Source: Candidatus Sumerlaeia bacterium (lineage in GTDB: Bacteria > Sumerlaeota > Sumerlaeia > SLMS01 > JANRJK01). From it: a stretch of DNA of 64,000 bases. The translations under genes and the position numbers were made by a program. Below the pieces are notes generated by a model, which was not told where the DNA came from, made no database searches, and was given only the letters and a program-made list of their open reading frames with translations. The stretch spans positions 558,618-622,617 of the forward strand of contig JANRJK010000013.1 of assembly GCA_033764015.1 (NCBI GenBank), given 5' to 3'. Shown here one piece after another: positions 26,256-35,079 of this stretch. Within the stretch, counting starts at the first letter, position 1, and the number at the start of each line of letters is the position of its first letter.

Positions 26256-27679
26256 TGGCGCCGCGCCGCATCGCCCTCCTCGGCACCGGCCCACTCCTGG
26301 ACGAGGGGGCGACGGTCTTCAGCGGCCAGTGCCTGCGCACGTGGCACTTCGCCGCGCCGCTCATCGAGGCGGGCCACGACGTCCGCATCGCCACGGTGCC
26401 GATCCCCGGGGCGCTCGTCGAGGACGGCGACACCGCATCGGAGGCGGAGTACCGCGGCCACCGCTACCGCCGCTACCACCGCAACGACGAGGGCTCCGTG
26501 CTGCCGGACCTGCGCGCGTGGGTCGAGGCCGCGCGGCCGGACGTGCTGCTCGGTGTGAACCAGTACCCGGCCTACCTGCTCGCGAGGCTCGGCCTCGATC
26601 TTCCGCTCTGGGCGGACCTGAACGGCTGGAACATGGCGGAGGGACAGATCCGCGCGGCGTCCGTGGGTCACGACCGCGACTTCGGCCACTTCTGGCGGAT
26701 CGAAGCGCGGGTGCTCCTCGCGGCGGACCGGTTCTCCGCGGTGAGCGCGCGACAGGCCGACGCCCTCTACGGCGAGCTCGCGATGCTGGGGCGCCTGAAC
26801 CGATTCACCGCCGCGGAGCCATTCTGCCACGCGATCCCGAACGCGGCGTACCCGGTCTTCGCGTCCATCGAGCGGCGCGAGGCGATCCCCGGCTTCCTCG
26901 CGGACCGGCTCCCGGCGGGCGCGAAGGTCTGCCTCTGGAGCGGAGGCTTCAATTCGTGGACCGACGGGGCCCTGCTGGCGGACGGGCTCTCCCGGGCCCT
27001 CGAACTCGAGCCCGCGTCGCACTTCGTGGCAACCGGCGGGCCGGTCCTGGGCCACGACGAGGAGACTTTCCAGCGCATCGAAACCCTGCTTCGGGCGCGC
27101 TTCCCGGCGGAGCGCACGCACCTTCTGGGTTGGATCGCGCAGGAGCGGATGCTCGAGCTGCACGCGTGCGCCGGCGTGGGCCTCAGCCTCGACGGCGCGA
27201 ACATCGAGGCGCGCTTCGGCGCCCGGAACCGGCTGACGAACATGCTGGCGGCCGGCGTCCCGGTGGTGACCACGCCCGGGACGGAGATCGCCGATTGGAT
27301 CGCCGCGAGCGGAGCGGGGCGCGTGGTGCCGCTCGGGGACGCGGCGGCCCTCGGAGCCGCGCTTTCGGAGGCGCTCGCGGACCGCGCCGCTTCGGACCGC
27401 GCGGCCGCCCGCGCGCGCGAGTTGGCGCTCCGGGACTTCGCCCCGGCCCGGACGGTGGCGCCGCTGCTCCGGTGGCTCGATGACCCCCGCCCCGCGGCGG
27501 ACCGCTCGCAGCAGGCCCGCGCGGAACTCGCCACCTCGCCGCCGGGGCGCTTGGCGGACTGGATCGAGGGGAAATGCCACGAGCCGCTCCCGTTCGCCAC
27601 CCCGCCGCCAACGGTTGCGCCAGCCCTCGGATTGTCCCTCACTGGTCGCATCAAGAGAATGCTTCGGAGACGTCCATGA
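26255..27679 (+). CDS. GT-B (GT4-like) glycosyltransferase
   Basis: TGATG coupling to the upstream gene; LWSGGFNSWTD, RNRLTNMLAAGVPVVTT, VPLGDAAAL. Confidence 0.75.
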   Translation: MAPRRIALLGTGPLLDEGATVFSGQCLRTWHFAAPLIEAGHDVRIATVPIPGALVEDGDTASEAEYRGHRYRRYHRNDEGSVLPDLRAWVEAARPDVLLGVNQYPAYLLARLGLDLPLWADLNGWNMAEGQIRAASVGHDRDFGHFWRIEARVLLAADRFSAVSARQADALYGELAMLGRLNRFTAAEPFCHAIPNAAYPVFASIERREAIPGFLADRLPAGAKVCLWSGGFNSWTDGALLADGLSRALELEPASHFVATGGPVLGHDEETFQRIETLLRARFPAERTHLLGWIAQERMLELHACAGVGLSLDGANIEARFGARNRLTNMLAAGVPVVTTPGTEIADWIAASGAGRVVPLGDAAALGAALSEALADRAASDRAAARARELALRDFAPARTVAPLLRWLDDPRPAADRSQQARAELATSPPGRLADWIEGKCHEPLPFATPPPTVAPALGLSLTGRIKRMLRRRP

Positions 27680-29412
27680 TCCGCCTCGCCGCCCTCCTCC
27701 TGCTCCTGCTGCCCCTCGCGCTGCCGGCCCAGCCACGTCCGCTCGCCACCGGTCTGGGCGAGGAGGCGACGGAGGCGGACCTCCGGCTGTTCCTCGGCGC
27801 GGCGGGCCGCGACGCCACCTACCTGGACCGGCTCGCGACGGCGGGGGAGGAGGGTGACGAGGCGCTGGACAACCAGCTCCGCGAAGACCTTCAACGCTAC
27901 TTCGAGGCAATGCTCGCTGGCCGCGCCGCGTCACCCGAGGAAGCCGGCCTCGACTCGGACCTCGTTGCAAAGGGCGCGCGGATGCTCGCCGGCAACGCCG
28001 CGCGCCAAGTCTGGGAGCGCGAGTTCGTCCGCCCCGGCGTCGTGATCCACGAGGAGGACGTCGCGTTCCACTACCGGCGCAACTGGCGCGACTTCAACAC
28101 GGCGCGCACGGCGAACATCTTCCGCCTGAAGCTCGACTTCCCGCAGCCGCTGACCGCCGAGGGCGTCGAGGACGTCCGGGTCTTGGCGCGGACGCTGCGC
28201 TCCGCTGCGCTCACGGGAGGCGGCCTCGAAGCCGCGATCGCGCCGATGCGGATGAGGCGCTCCGAGGAGACCGGCCGCGCCGCGCTCCCCTTCGACAGCC
28301 CGACGCTCGACCGCCAGACACGCGACGTGGTGTTTTCGCTCCGCCCCGCGGAGGTCTCCCAACCCTATGAGACCGCCGACGCGATCTACCTGTTCGAGAT
28401 GCTTTCGATCGAAGGCGAGCGCTTCCCGCCCTTGTCGGAGGTGGAGGGCGAAATCCGTCCGCTTCTGGTGGAGAAGTTCGTTCCGCAGCAGTTCGACTAC
28501 CAGTTGCTGAAGCTGTCGCGCCGGGCCCGGCCGATCAACCGCGCCGGGATGGTCGCCACGCTGCCGGAGGACGCCGACCTCTTCAGCGTCCGGGGGTTCG
28601 GGATCACGCTCGGCGAGTTCCGCCGCATCTTCCCGGAGATCGCAGGACCCGCGGAGGCACCCCGGCGCACCGCGGTCGCCGAGTCGGTGGCGCGCTTCGT
28701 CGACTCCGAGGTCGTCGCGCAGGAACTGGAGCGCACCGGCCTTGGCGGCGACCCGGAGTTCCGCCGCGCCTTCGAAGTGGCGGAGGCGCTGGTGAAGGCG
28801 GACGGCGTGCGCCGCGCCCGTCGACTCGAAATCGTTCCGACCGAGGCGGAGATCGATGCGTTCCTGCGCGACCGCTCGGCCGACATCGTGCCGCAGGACC
28901 GGCTCGAAGTGTGGCGCCTCGCCCTCGGCCCGCGCCGCCCCGAGGCGTTGTCCCCCGGCGAGCGGCAGTCGCTAACGCTTGTCAACCGCGGCACCCTCGC
29001 CCGGATGACCGCGCAGGCTGCGCAGCAGATCGAAGAGCGCCGCCAGATCGCCGGCGACCGCGTCTTCGCCCAGCCGGAACCGATCGTCGACAACCTGCCC
29101 CGTCCCGAGGACGACCGCGTGCGGGTGCGCTTCGACCTTGTCGGCACAGGCGAGCCGTCGCGGATCCGCGCGGACCTGCGCGTCTCCCTCGACGCGTCAT
29201 CGCTGGGCAAGTTTTCGCCGGCGGTCGAGCGCGCGGACGGATCGGTCGCGAGCTACTACGTCTCCGCCGTCGAACGCGCTGCGCCGCTGGATGGCGCATC
29301 GCTCCGCGAGCGCGCCCGCCTGCTGCTCATCGAGGAACTCGCCCGCGAGCCGGAGCGCAGCCGAGTCGAGAAGGCTTTGAAGGACGGCTCGATCCGGTTG
29401 CTCTATCCGTAA
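27676..29412 (+). CDS. secreted SurA/PrsA-like parvulin chaperone (probably degenerate)
   Basis: Signal peptide MIRLAALLLLLLPLALPA; IHEEDVAFHY, VFSLRPAEVSQPYET, PTEAEIDAF, LGKFSPAV. Confidence 0.6.
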   Translation: MIRLAALLLLLLPLALPAQPRPLATGLGEEATEADLRLFLGAAGRDATYLDRLATAGEEGDEALDNQLREDLQRYFEAMLAGRAASPEEAGLDSDLVAKGARMLAGNAARQVWEREFVRPGVVIHEEDVAFHYRRNWRDFNTARTANIFRLKLDFPQPLTAEGVEDVRVLARTLRSAALTGGGLEAAIAPMRMRRSEETGRAALPFDSPTLDRQTRDVVFSLRPAEVSQPYETADAIYLFEMLSIEGERFPPLSEVEGEIRPLLVEKFVPQQFDYQLLKLSRRARPINRAGMVATLPEDADLFSVRGFGITLGEFRRIFPEIAGPAEAPRRTAVAESVARFVDSEVVAQELERTGLGGDPEFRRAFEVAEALVKADGVRRARRLEIVPTEAEIDAFLRDRSADIVPQDRLEVWRLALGPRRPEALSPGERQSLTLVNRGTLARMTAQAAQQIEERRQIAGDRVFAQPEPIVDNLPRPEDDRVRVRFDLVGTGEPSRIRADLRVSLDASSLGKFSPAVERADGSVASYYVSAVERAAPLDGASLRERARLLLIEELAREPERSRVEKALKDGSIRLLYP

Positions 29413-29418
29413 TCACCG

Positions 29419-32400
29419 TCACCTCGCGGACGCAGTTGCCTTGAGGGCGAACTCGCGTGCCACGCGGTTCAGCGCCTGCAGGTCGGTCTTCCCGGTGCCC
29501 AGGATGGGGATCTCCTTCACCGCGAAGAAGTCGGCGAACTTGGGGATCCAGAGGTTCGGGAGCAACCCGGAGGCCGCCAGCCCCTCCGCGGCCGCCGCGG
29601 CGGTCTCGCGGTCGCACGCGTACAGCACCACGAGCCGCTCGCCCTTCCGTTCGTCCGGTACTCCGGTCACCGCGAAGACGCGCTCCGACTGGCCCGACAG
29701 TTCCTGGAGCGCATCCTCGACCTTGAGGTGCGGAACCATCTCGCCGCCGATCTTCGAGAAGCGCGAGAGGCGGTCCGTGATCTGGATGAAGCCGTCCTCG
29801 TCCACGCGCCCGACGTCCCCCGTGATGTACCAGCCGTCCCGAAGCACGTCCGCGGTCTTCTCCGGCTCCTTGTAGTAGCCCGCCATGATGTTGGGGCCGC
29901 GCACGATGATCATTCCGGGTTCGCCCACCGGCAGCGGCTGCATCGTGGCGGGATCGACCACGCGCACCGCCACGCCGGGGAGCGGATGGCCGATCCACCC
30001 CTCGCGGTTGCCGACCTGGAAGATGCCGGGCTGTCGGATGTTCACGGTCGAAAGCGACGTGACGGGCGACGTTTCCGTGGCTCCGTAGCCCTCGATGGGT
30101 CGGATGCCGAAGCGGGCGAGGAACTCGTCCGCGAGCGGCTTGCGCAGCTTCTCCGCGCCGGTCAGGACGAACTTGAGCGAGCCGAACTGGGCGGGCTCGA
30201 CGCGGCGCGTGTACGCCTGCAGGAAGGTCGGTGTGGCGATGAGGATCGTCACCTTGTACTTCTCGACCATCCCGCCCACCGCGCGGGCGTCCAGCGGATT
30301 CGGGTAGTACGCGACCTTCACCCCGCCGAGCAGCGGCAGCCAGAGCGTCGCCATGAAGCCGAAGGAGTGGAACATCGGCAGGATGCCGAGCAGCGTGTCC
30401 CTCTCGCGGACGGGGAACACCTGCAGCGCGCCCACGCAGTTCGACCAGATGTTCCAATGCGTGAGCATCACGCCCTTGGGGTCGCCGGTGCTGCCGGAGG
30501 AGAAGATGAGCGTGGCGACATCGTGGAGGCGCGCCTTGGACGTGCGGCCGAGTTCCGACTCAAGCTCGTCCGGGTCCTTGAACAACCCCGCGAGGAGCGC
30601 CCGGACGCGGTCGCCGGAAGTGACGGACTTGCGGATGTCCTCGAGGAAGATCGTCTCGATGCCGGCGAAGTCGCCCTCCCCGGTCGGTTTGAGGAACGGG
30701 CGCAGGTCGATGCGCTCTGCGAGCTTCTCAAGGAAGATGCGCGACGTGTAGATCTTGCGGATGCCGGCTTTCCGCGCCACTCGGGCGATCAGCTCCGGCG
30801 ACATCGTGTAGTTCAGGTTCACCGGCGTGTGCCCGGCGAGGAGCGCGCCGAGGTTCAGCGCCGCACTGCCTGCGCTCGGCGGGAGCACGATGCCGACGAA
30901 CTCCTCGCCGTCCCAGGTGGGCTTCAGCTTGCGCGCGAGCACGATCGCCGCGGCGACGTACTTCGCCCGCGAGAGGTACTCGGGGGCGTTCACGTCGGCG
31001 ACGAACGGCGCGAGCGGGCTCTTGCGGCACAGGCGCAGCGCCTCGCGATGCAGCGGCAGGGCGTCCGCGCGGCGCTCGTCGAACGCATCGACGAGCAGCT
31101 CCTGGATCGCCTGGCGCAGCTCGTACGCGGGCACGTCGTCGGCGAGCGGTGCGCCGAACGCGACGTTGATGGGGCGCTTCCGGAACCGCAGGTAGGGGCT
31201 CTTGAACAGGCCGCCCAGCCGCATTCCCCAGTTCGACTCCCACATGCCGTCGATGGCGACCGGGATGATCGGCGCGCCGGTGCCTCTCATGATCTTCTCG
31301 TACCCGCGGCGGACTGGCAGCATGTGTCCATGCCGGGTGATCTGCCCCTCGGCGTAGATGCAGACCAGATCGCCCGCCTTGACCGCCTCGCTGGCCGCGC
31401 GGAGCGAGTGGATGATTTCGCGCGGCGACATGGCGCTGCTGATCGGGATCGTGTTGGTCACCTTTGCGAACGGGTAGACGAACCACTTCTTATAGTAGTA
31501 GTCGCTCATCAGGAAGCGCACCGGACGTCCGACGGTCGCCGCCACGATGATGCCGTCGAGGAACGACTGGTGGTTCGCCACGAGCAGCGCACCACCGGTC
31601 TTGGGGACGTTTTCCAAACCGCGTACGCGAACCCGGTAGAACAAGTTGAAGAGGAACTTGATCTGGAACCGCAGCGGGATCTCGGGTAGCTTCACCCAAA
31701 CGAAGGCGCCTGCGAAGAGCATGAGGATGCCACCGCTCAGGAACGCGGTCGGCGTGGGAAAACCGAGTTTCCCGATGAGCGACAACATCAGCGAGCCGGT
31801 CACCATGCCGAAGGCGGTGACGAAGTTCTGCGCCGCCCAAATGCCGCCGCGCGCGTCCGCGTCCGAGGTGTTCACGATGTAAGACTGGAGGGGGACCGAG
31901 AAGAAGCCTGCGAAGAACCCGACGACGCCCATCGAGCCGGCCACCAGCCACGGGTCCGGGATCGGTTGGACGCCGAGCCAATACGTGGCGACTCCGAAAA
32001 CGAACATGCCGAAGGCGCCGATCGGCACGAGGCCCAGTTCGATCTCGCCGCCGCTGGCCTTGGAGGCGAGGAAGCATCCAAAGCCCATGCCGAGCGCGAT
32101 CGGCAGCATCGCGAGGCCAGCCTGCTGGTAGTCGAGACCGAGCGTGCTGGTCGCGATGATCGGCGCGGCGCTTTGCATCAGCACGGCAACCAGCCACCAG
32201 ATGAACATTCCGGCGACCGCCATGCTGAGGCCGGGGTGGCGGTGGATCTCGCCGAGGTTGCGCCGGACTTCCGGGACGGGATTGATCTCCAGCACGAGGT
32301 CCGGCCGCGCGGCGGGCGTGACATGCATCTGCATCCCCGCCCAAGTTCCGGAAACCGCCAACGCCACAAGCAGTAGGCCCGGAATCCAAAGCGCATCGAG

Positions 32401-32976
32401 GAAAGTCCCGAACAGCCAAGGCCCCGCGACGGTGCCGATGATGATCGCGAGGAAAGTCGCTCCCTGCAGCACGCCATTCGCCCAGCCCAGCTTCGGTTCC
32501 TCGATGAGCTCGGGAAGGATGCCGTACTTCGCGGGACTGAAAAGCGCGCTCTGCATCCCTGTGAACATGAGAACGACCATCGATGGCCAAAGCATCCCCG
32601 CTGCGAGCGTCGCGAGGCCGCCGGTCATGACCGCGATCTCGAGGATCTTGGTCCAGAGCGCGACCCTCGACTTGGAGAACTTGTCTGCGATGGCGCCGGC
32701 GAAGGTCGCAGTGAACATGTATGGCAGGATGAAGAGCGCGCCGGCGATACCGTTCAGCTTGTTGGCCGCCGCTTCCGCCGCCGCTGGATCCCCTGCATTC
32801 GCCAAAGTTGCCAGATGGATGCCGAGGAAGACGACAATGAAGCGGAAGATATTGTCCAAAAGCGCTCCTTGGAACATGAGCGCATTGAGCCACCAGAAGG
32901 AGCGGATAGCGCGACGGCTTCCGGGGGGGGCGTCTCGGAAGGCGGATACGGGCAGCTCAATGCGGGATTCGGTCAC
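29419..32976 (-). CDS. aas: LplT(MFS)-acyltransferase-acyl-ACP synthetase fusion
   Basis: MFS part (QSALFSPAKYGILPE), acyltransferase NHQSFLD and IYAEG, AMP-binding FSSGSTGDPKGV, EGYGATETSP, DRLSRFSKIGGEMV. Confidence 0.92.
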   Translation of the reverse strand: MTESRIELPVSAFRDAPPGSRRAIRSFWWLNALMFQGALLDNIFRFIVVFLGIHLATLANAGDPAAAEAAANKLNGIAGALFILPYMFTATFAGAIADKFSKSRVALWTKILEIAVMTGGLATLAAGMLWPSMVVLMFTGMQSALFSPAKYGILPELIEEPKLGWANGVLQGATFLAIIIGTVAGPWLFGTFLDALWIPGLLLVALAVSGTWAGMQMHVTPAARPDLVLEINPVPEVRRNLGEIHRHPGLSMAVAGMFIWWLVAVLMQSAAPIIATSTLGLDYQQAGLAMLPIALGMGFGCFLASKASGGEIELGLVPIGAFGMFVFGVATYWLGVQPIPDPWLVAGSMGVVGFFAGFFSVPLQSYIVNTSDADARGGIWAAQNFVTAFGMVTGSLMLSLIGKLGFPTPTAFLSGGILMLFAGAFVWVKLPEIPLRFQIKFLFNLFYRVRVRGLENVPKTGGALLVANHQSFLDGIIVAATVGRPVRFLMSDYYYKKWFVYPFAKVTNTIPISSAMSPREIIHSLRAASEAVKAGDLVCIYAEGQITRHGHMLPVRRGYEKIMRGTGAPIIPVAIDGMWESNWGMRLGGLFKSPYLRFRKRPINVAFGAPLADDVPAYELRQAIQELLVDAFDERRADALPLHREALRLCRKSPLAPFVADVNAPEYLSRAKYVAAAIVLARKLKPTWDGEEFVGIVLPPSAGSAALNLGALLAGHTPVNLNYTMSPELIARVARKAGIRKIYTSRIFLEKLAERIDLRPFLKPTGEGDFAGIETIFLEDIRKSVTSGDRVRALLAGLFKDPDELESELGRTSKARLHDVATLIFSSGSTGDPKGVMLTHWNIWSNCVGALQVFPVRERDTLLGILPMFHSFGFMATLWLPLLGGVKVAYYPNPLDARAVGGMVEKYKVTILIATPTFLQAYTRRVEPAQFGSLKFVLTGAEKLRKPLADEFLARFGIRPIEGYGATETSPVTSLSTVNIRQPGIFQVGNREGWIGHPLPGVAVRVVDPATMQPLPVGEPGMIIVRGPNIMAGYYKEPEKTADVLRDGWYITGDVGRVDEDGFIQITDRLSRFSKIGGEMVPHLKVEDALQELSGQSERVFAVTGVPDERKGERLVVLYACDRETAAAAAEGLAASGLLPNLWIPKFADFFAVKEIPILGTGKTDLQALNRVAREFALKATASAR

Positions 32977-33201
32977 GGTGCGGGGGCTCCAACGGGCGCT
33001 AACCGGAATGCAAACGCTCGTTTGCGACCGAGTCAACGATCATTTACCCATCGGCGACCAAATGCCGCCGTAGTGGGCAGGCTTTCAACCTGCACCCGCG
33101 CGAGCAAGCGGCATCGGTGGCGGTGGTGGATCAGCGTGGATGACTGGGCGGGGCGGGGGCGCGGCTGCGGGCAAGCGCTCGCCCGCCGCCAAGGGAGGGC
33201 C

Positions 33202-33855
33202 TCAGTAGATACCGAAGACGTTGCGGCGCCGGGCGAGGATCGCCGCATCCTCCGCGATGTCCTCCATCACTTCGAGGCGCGAGTCGAAGTAGTCGCGGTC
33301 TCCCTCTTCGTACTCCCATACGCGCTCGCCCTTGAGCACGTCCCAGAACTCGAGCCGCACGCGGGCGCGGCTGCTCCAGACGCTGGTGAACTGGTTCTGG
33401 GTCTGGTTCGACTTCTCGACGATGGGGACCAGCACGAAATCCACTCCGAGGGCCCGTCCATAGTCCACGGGACTCTGGCTTTGGAGCAGCTCCGCGCGGT
33501 CCGCCGGGTTGAGCGACGGGAAGGAGCGCTGGGCGAGGCGGTCGCGCTGCGCCAAGAACACCACCATGTCCTCCTCGTCGTAGACGTTGAGGCCGGGAAG
33601 CTTGCGGAACTCGCGGGAGACCGCCTCGGTCGCGAGGAGGCCGTCGTTGCCGGACTTGAGGATCTTGCGTTGGGAGAACCACCAGCCGTCGGTCGTCAGC
33701 TCGCCGTCCTTCGCGACCGCCTCGAGCAGGCGCCCGTCGAGCACGGCGACCTTCACCTCGCGGGTGGGCTGCGGGCGCCGCGCGCAGGAGGCGCCCGCGA
33801 GCAGCGCCGCGGCGATCGCTGCGGCGGTTGCGAGGCGGAGGACGGCGTGGCGCAT
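33202..33855 (-). CDS. lipoprotein, CsgG/LpoB-like fold
   Basis: Lipobox LLAGASC; VAVLD...YGRALGVDFVLV...RLEFWDVLKGERVW. Confidence 0.6.
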   Translation of the reverse strand: MRHAVLRLATAAAIAAALLAGASCARRPQPTREVKVAVLDGRLLEAVAKDGELTTDGWWFSQRKILKSGNDGLLATEAVSREFRKLPGLNVYDEEDMVVFLAQRDRLAQRSFPSLNPADRAELLQSQSPVDYGRALGVDFVLVPIVEKSNQTQNQFTSVWSSRARVRLEFWDVLKGERVWEYEEGDRDYFDSRLEVMEDIAEDAAILARRRNVFGIY

Positions 33856-33860
33856 CGGGA

Positions 33861-35057
33861 TCAGCCCTTCTTCGCGTTCTTCTCGGCGGCGGGCTTCTTC
33901 GCCGCGGTGCCCGGCATCGCGACGCCGAACGCCTCGGGATTCAGCCCTTCGAGGCCCTTGGCGACGAAGGCGCCGTCCTTGCGGACCAGCTTGCCGTCGA
34001 AGTACATCTCGCCGCCGCCGAAGTCGGGGCGCTGGATGTTGACCATGTCCCAGTGCACCACCGAGCGGTTGCCGTTCTCGGTCTCCTCGTAGCACTGGCC
34101 GAGCGCCATGTGGAAGGAGCCGCAGATCTTTTCGTCGAACAGGATGTCGCGCATGGCGTAGTGGATGTGCGGGTGGAAGGCGATGGCGAACTCGCCGACG
34201 TAGCGCGCGCCGGGGTCCTGGTCGAGGATGTCGTTCAGCTTGCGGGTCTGGTCCGCGGAGGGGCATTCGGCCGAGACCACCTTGCCGGCCTTGAACGTCA
34301 GCTTGATCCCGTCGAAGGGGTTACCCTCGTAGATCGTGGGGGCGTTGAACGTCACGACGCCCTCGACGCTGTCGCGGACCGGCGCGGTGAAGCATTCGCC
34401 GTCGGGGATGTTGTGGGTGCCGCAGCAGGGGATCGACTTGATGCCCTTGATCGACATGCGCAGGTCCGTGCCCGGGCCCTTGATCTCGACGCGGTTCGTC
34501 TTCTCCATGAGCGCCTTGAGCGGCTTCACGGCCTTTTCCATCTTCGCGTAGTCGGTGCAGCACACGCGGTAGTAGAACTCGGCGAAGGTCTCGCGCGAGC
34601 GCTGCGCGAGCTGCGCCATCGCGTTGTTCGGGTAGCGGAGCACCACCCAGCGGGTGTGCTTCACGCGCTGCTCGAGCATGACGGGCTTCGAGTAGTGCTC
34701 GTTGTAGAGGCGCATCTTGTCGCGGTTCACGCCCGCCATCTCGAAGGCGTTCGACGTTCCGCGGATGCCGATGTAGCACTTGGTGCGCTTCATCGCCTCG
34801 AGTTCGAACTCGCCCATGCCCTTGAAGACCGCCTCGGAGGCGTTCTCGATCACGTCGCGGAGCAGCGACGGGTCGTCGAGCTTGACGAACGGGATCGCGC
34901 CGCGCTTGGCGGTCTCGCGCGCCAGGACCGATAGCAGCCCGAGCGTGTCGAGCCCGACTCCGTGGATCATGACGACTTCGCCCTTCTTCGGGCGTGTCGA
35001 GTGGTCGAGGAGCACTTTGGCGAGTTCGAGGTCGCGCGGATCGGTGGGGCCGTACAT
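33861..35057 (-). CDS. M29 (AmpS/AmpT-like) aminopeptidase
   Basis: RWVVLRYP, GPGTDL, NIPDGECFTAP, VGEFAIAF, ILFDEKICGSFHMALG, SVVHWDMV. Confidence 0.93.
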   Translation of the reverse strand: MYGPTDPRDLELAKVLLDHSTRPKKGEVVMIHGVGLDTLGLLSVLARETAKRGAIPFVKLDDPSLLRDVIENASEAVFKGMGEFELEAMKRTKCYIGIRGTSNAFEMAGVNRDKMRLYNEHYSKPVMLEQRVKHTRWVVLRYPNNAMAQLAQRSRETFAEFYYRVCCTDYAKMEKAVKPLKALMEKTNRVEIKGPGTDLRMSIKGIKSIPCCGTHNIPDGECFTAPVRDSVEGVVTFNAPTIYEGNPFDGIKLTFKAGKVVSAECPSADQTRKLNDILDQDPGARYVGEFAIAFHPHIHYAMRDILFDEKICGSFHMALGQCYEETENGNRSVVHWDMVNIQRPDFGGGEMYFDGKLVRKDGAFVAKGLEGLNPEAFGVAMPGTAAKKPAAEKNAKKG

Positions 35058-35079
35058 GGGGCGGAGTCCTTTGGGGGGC

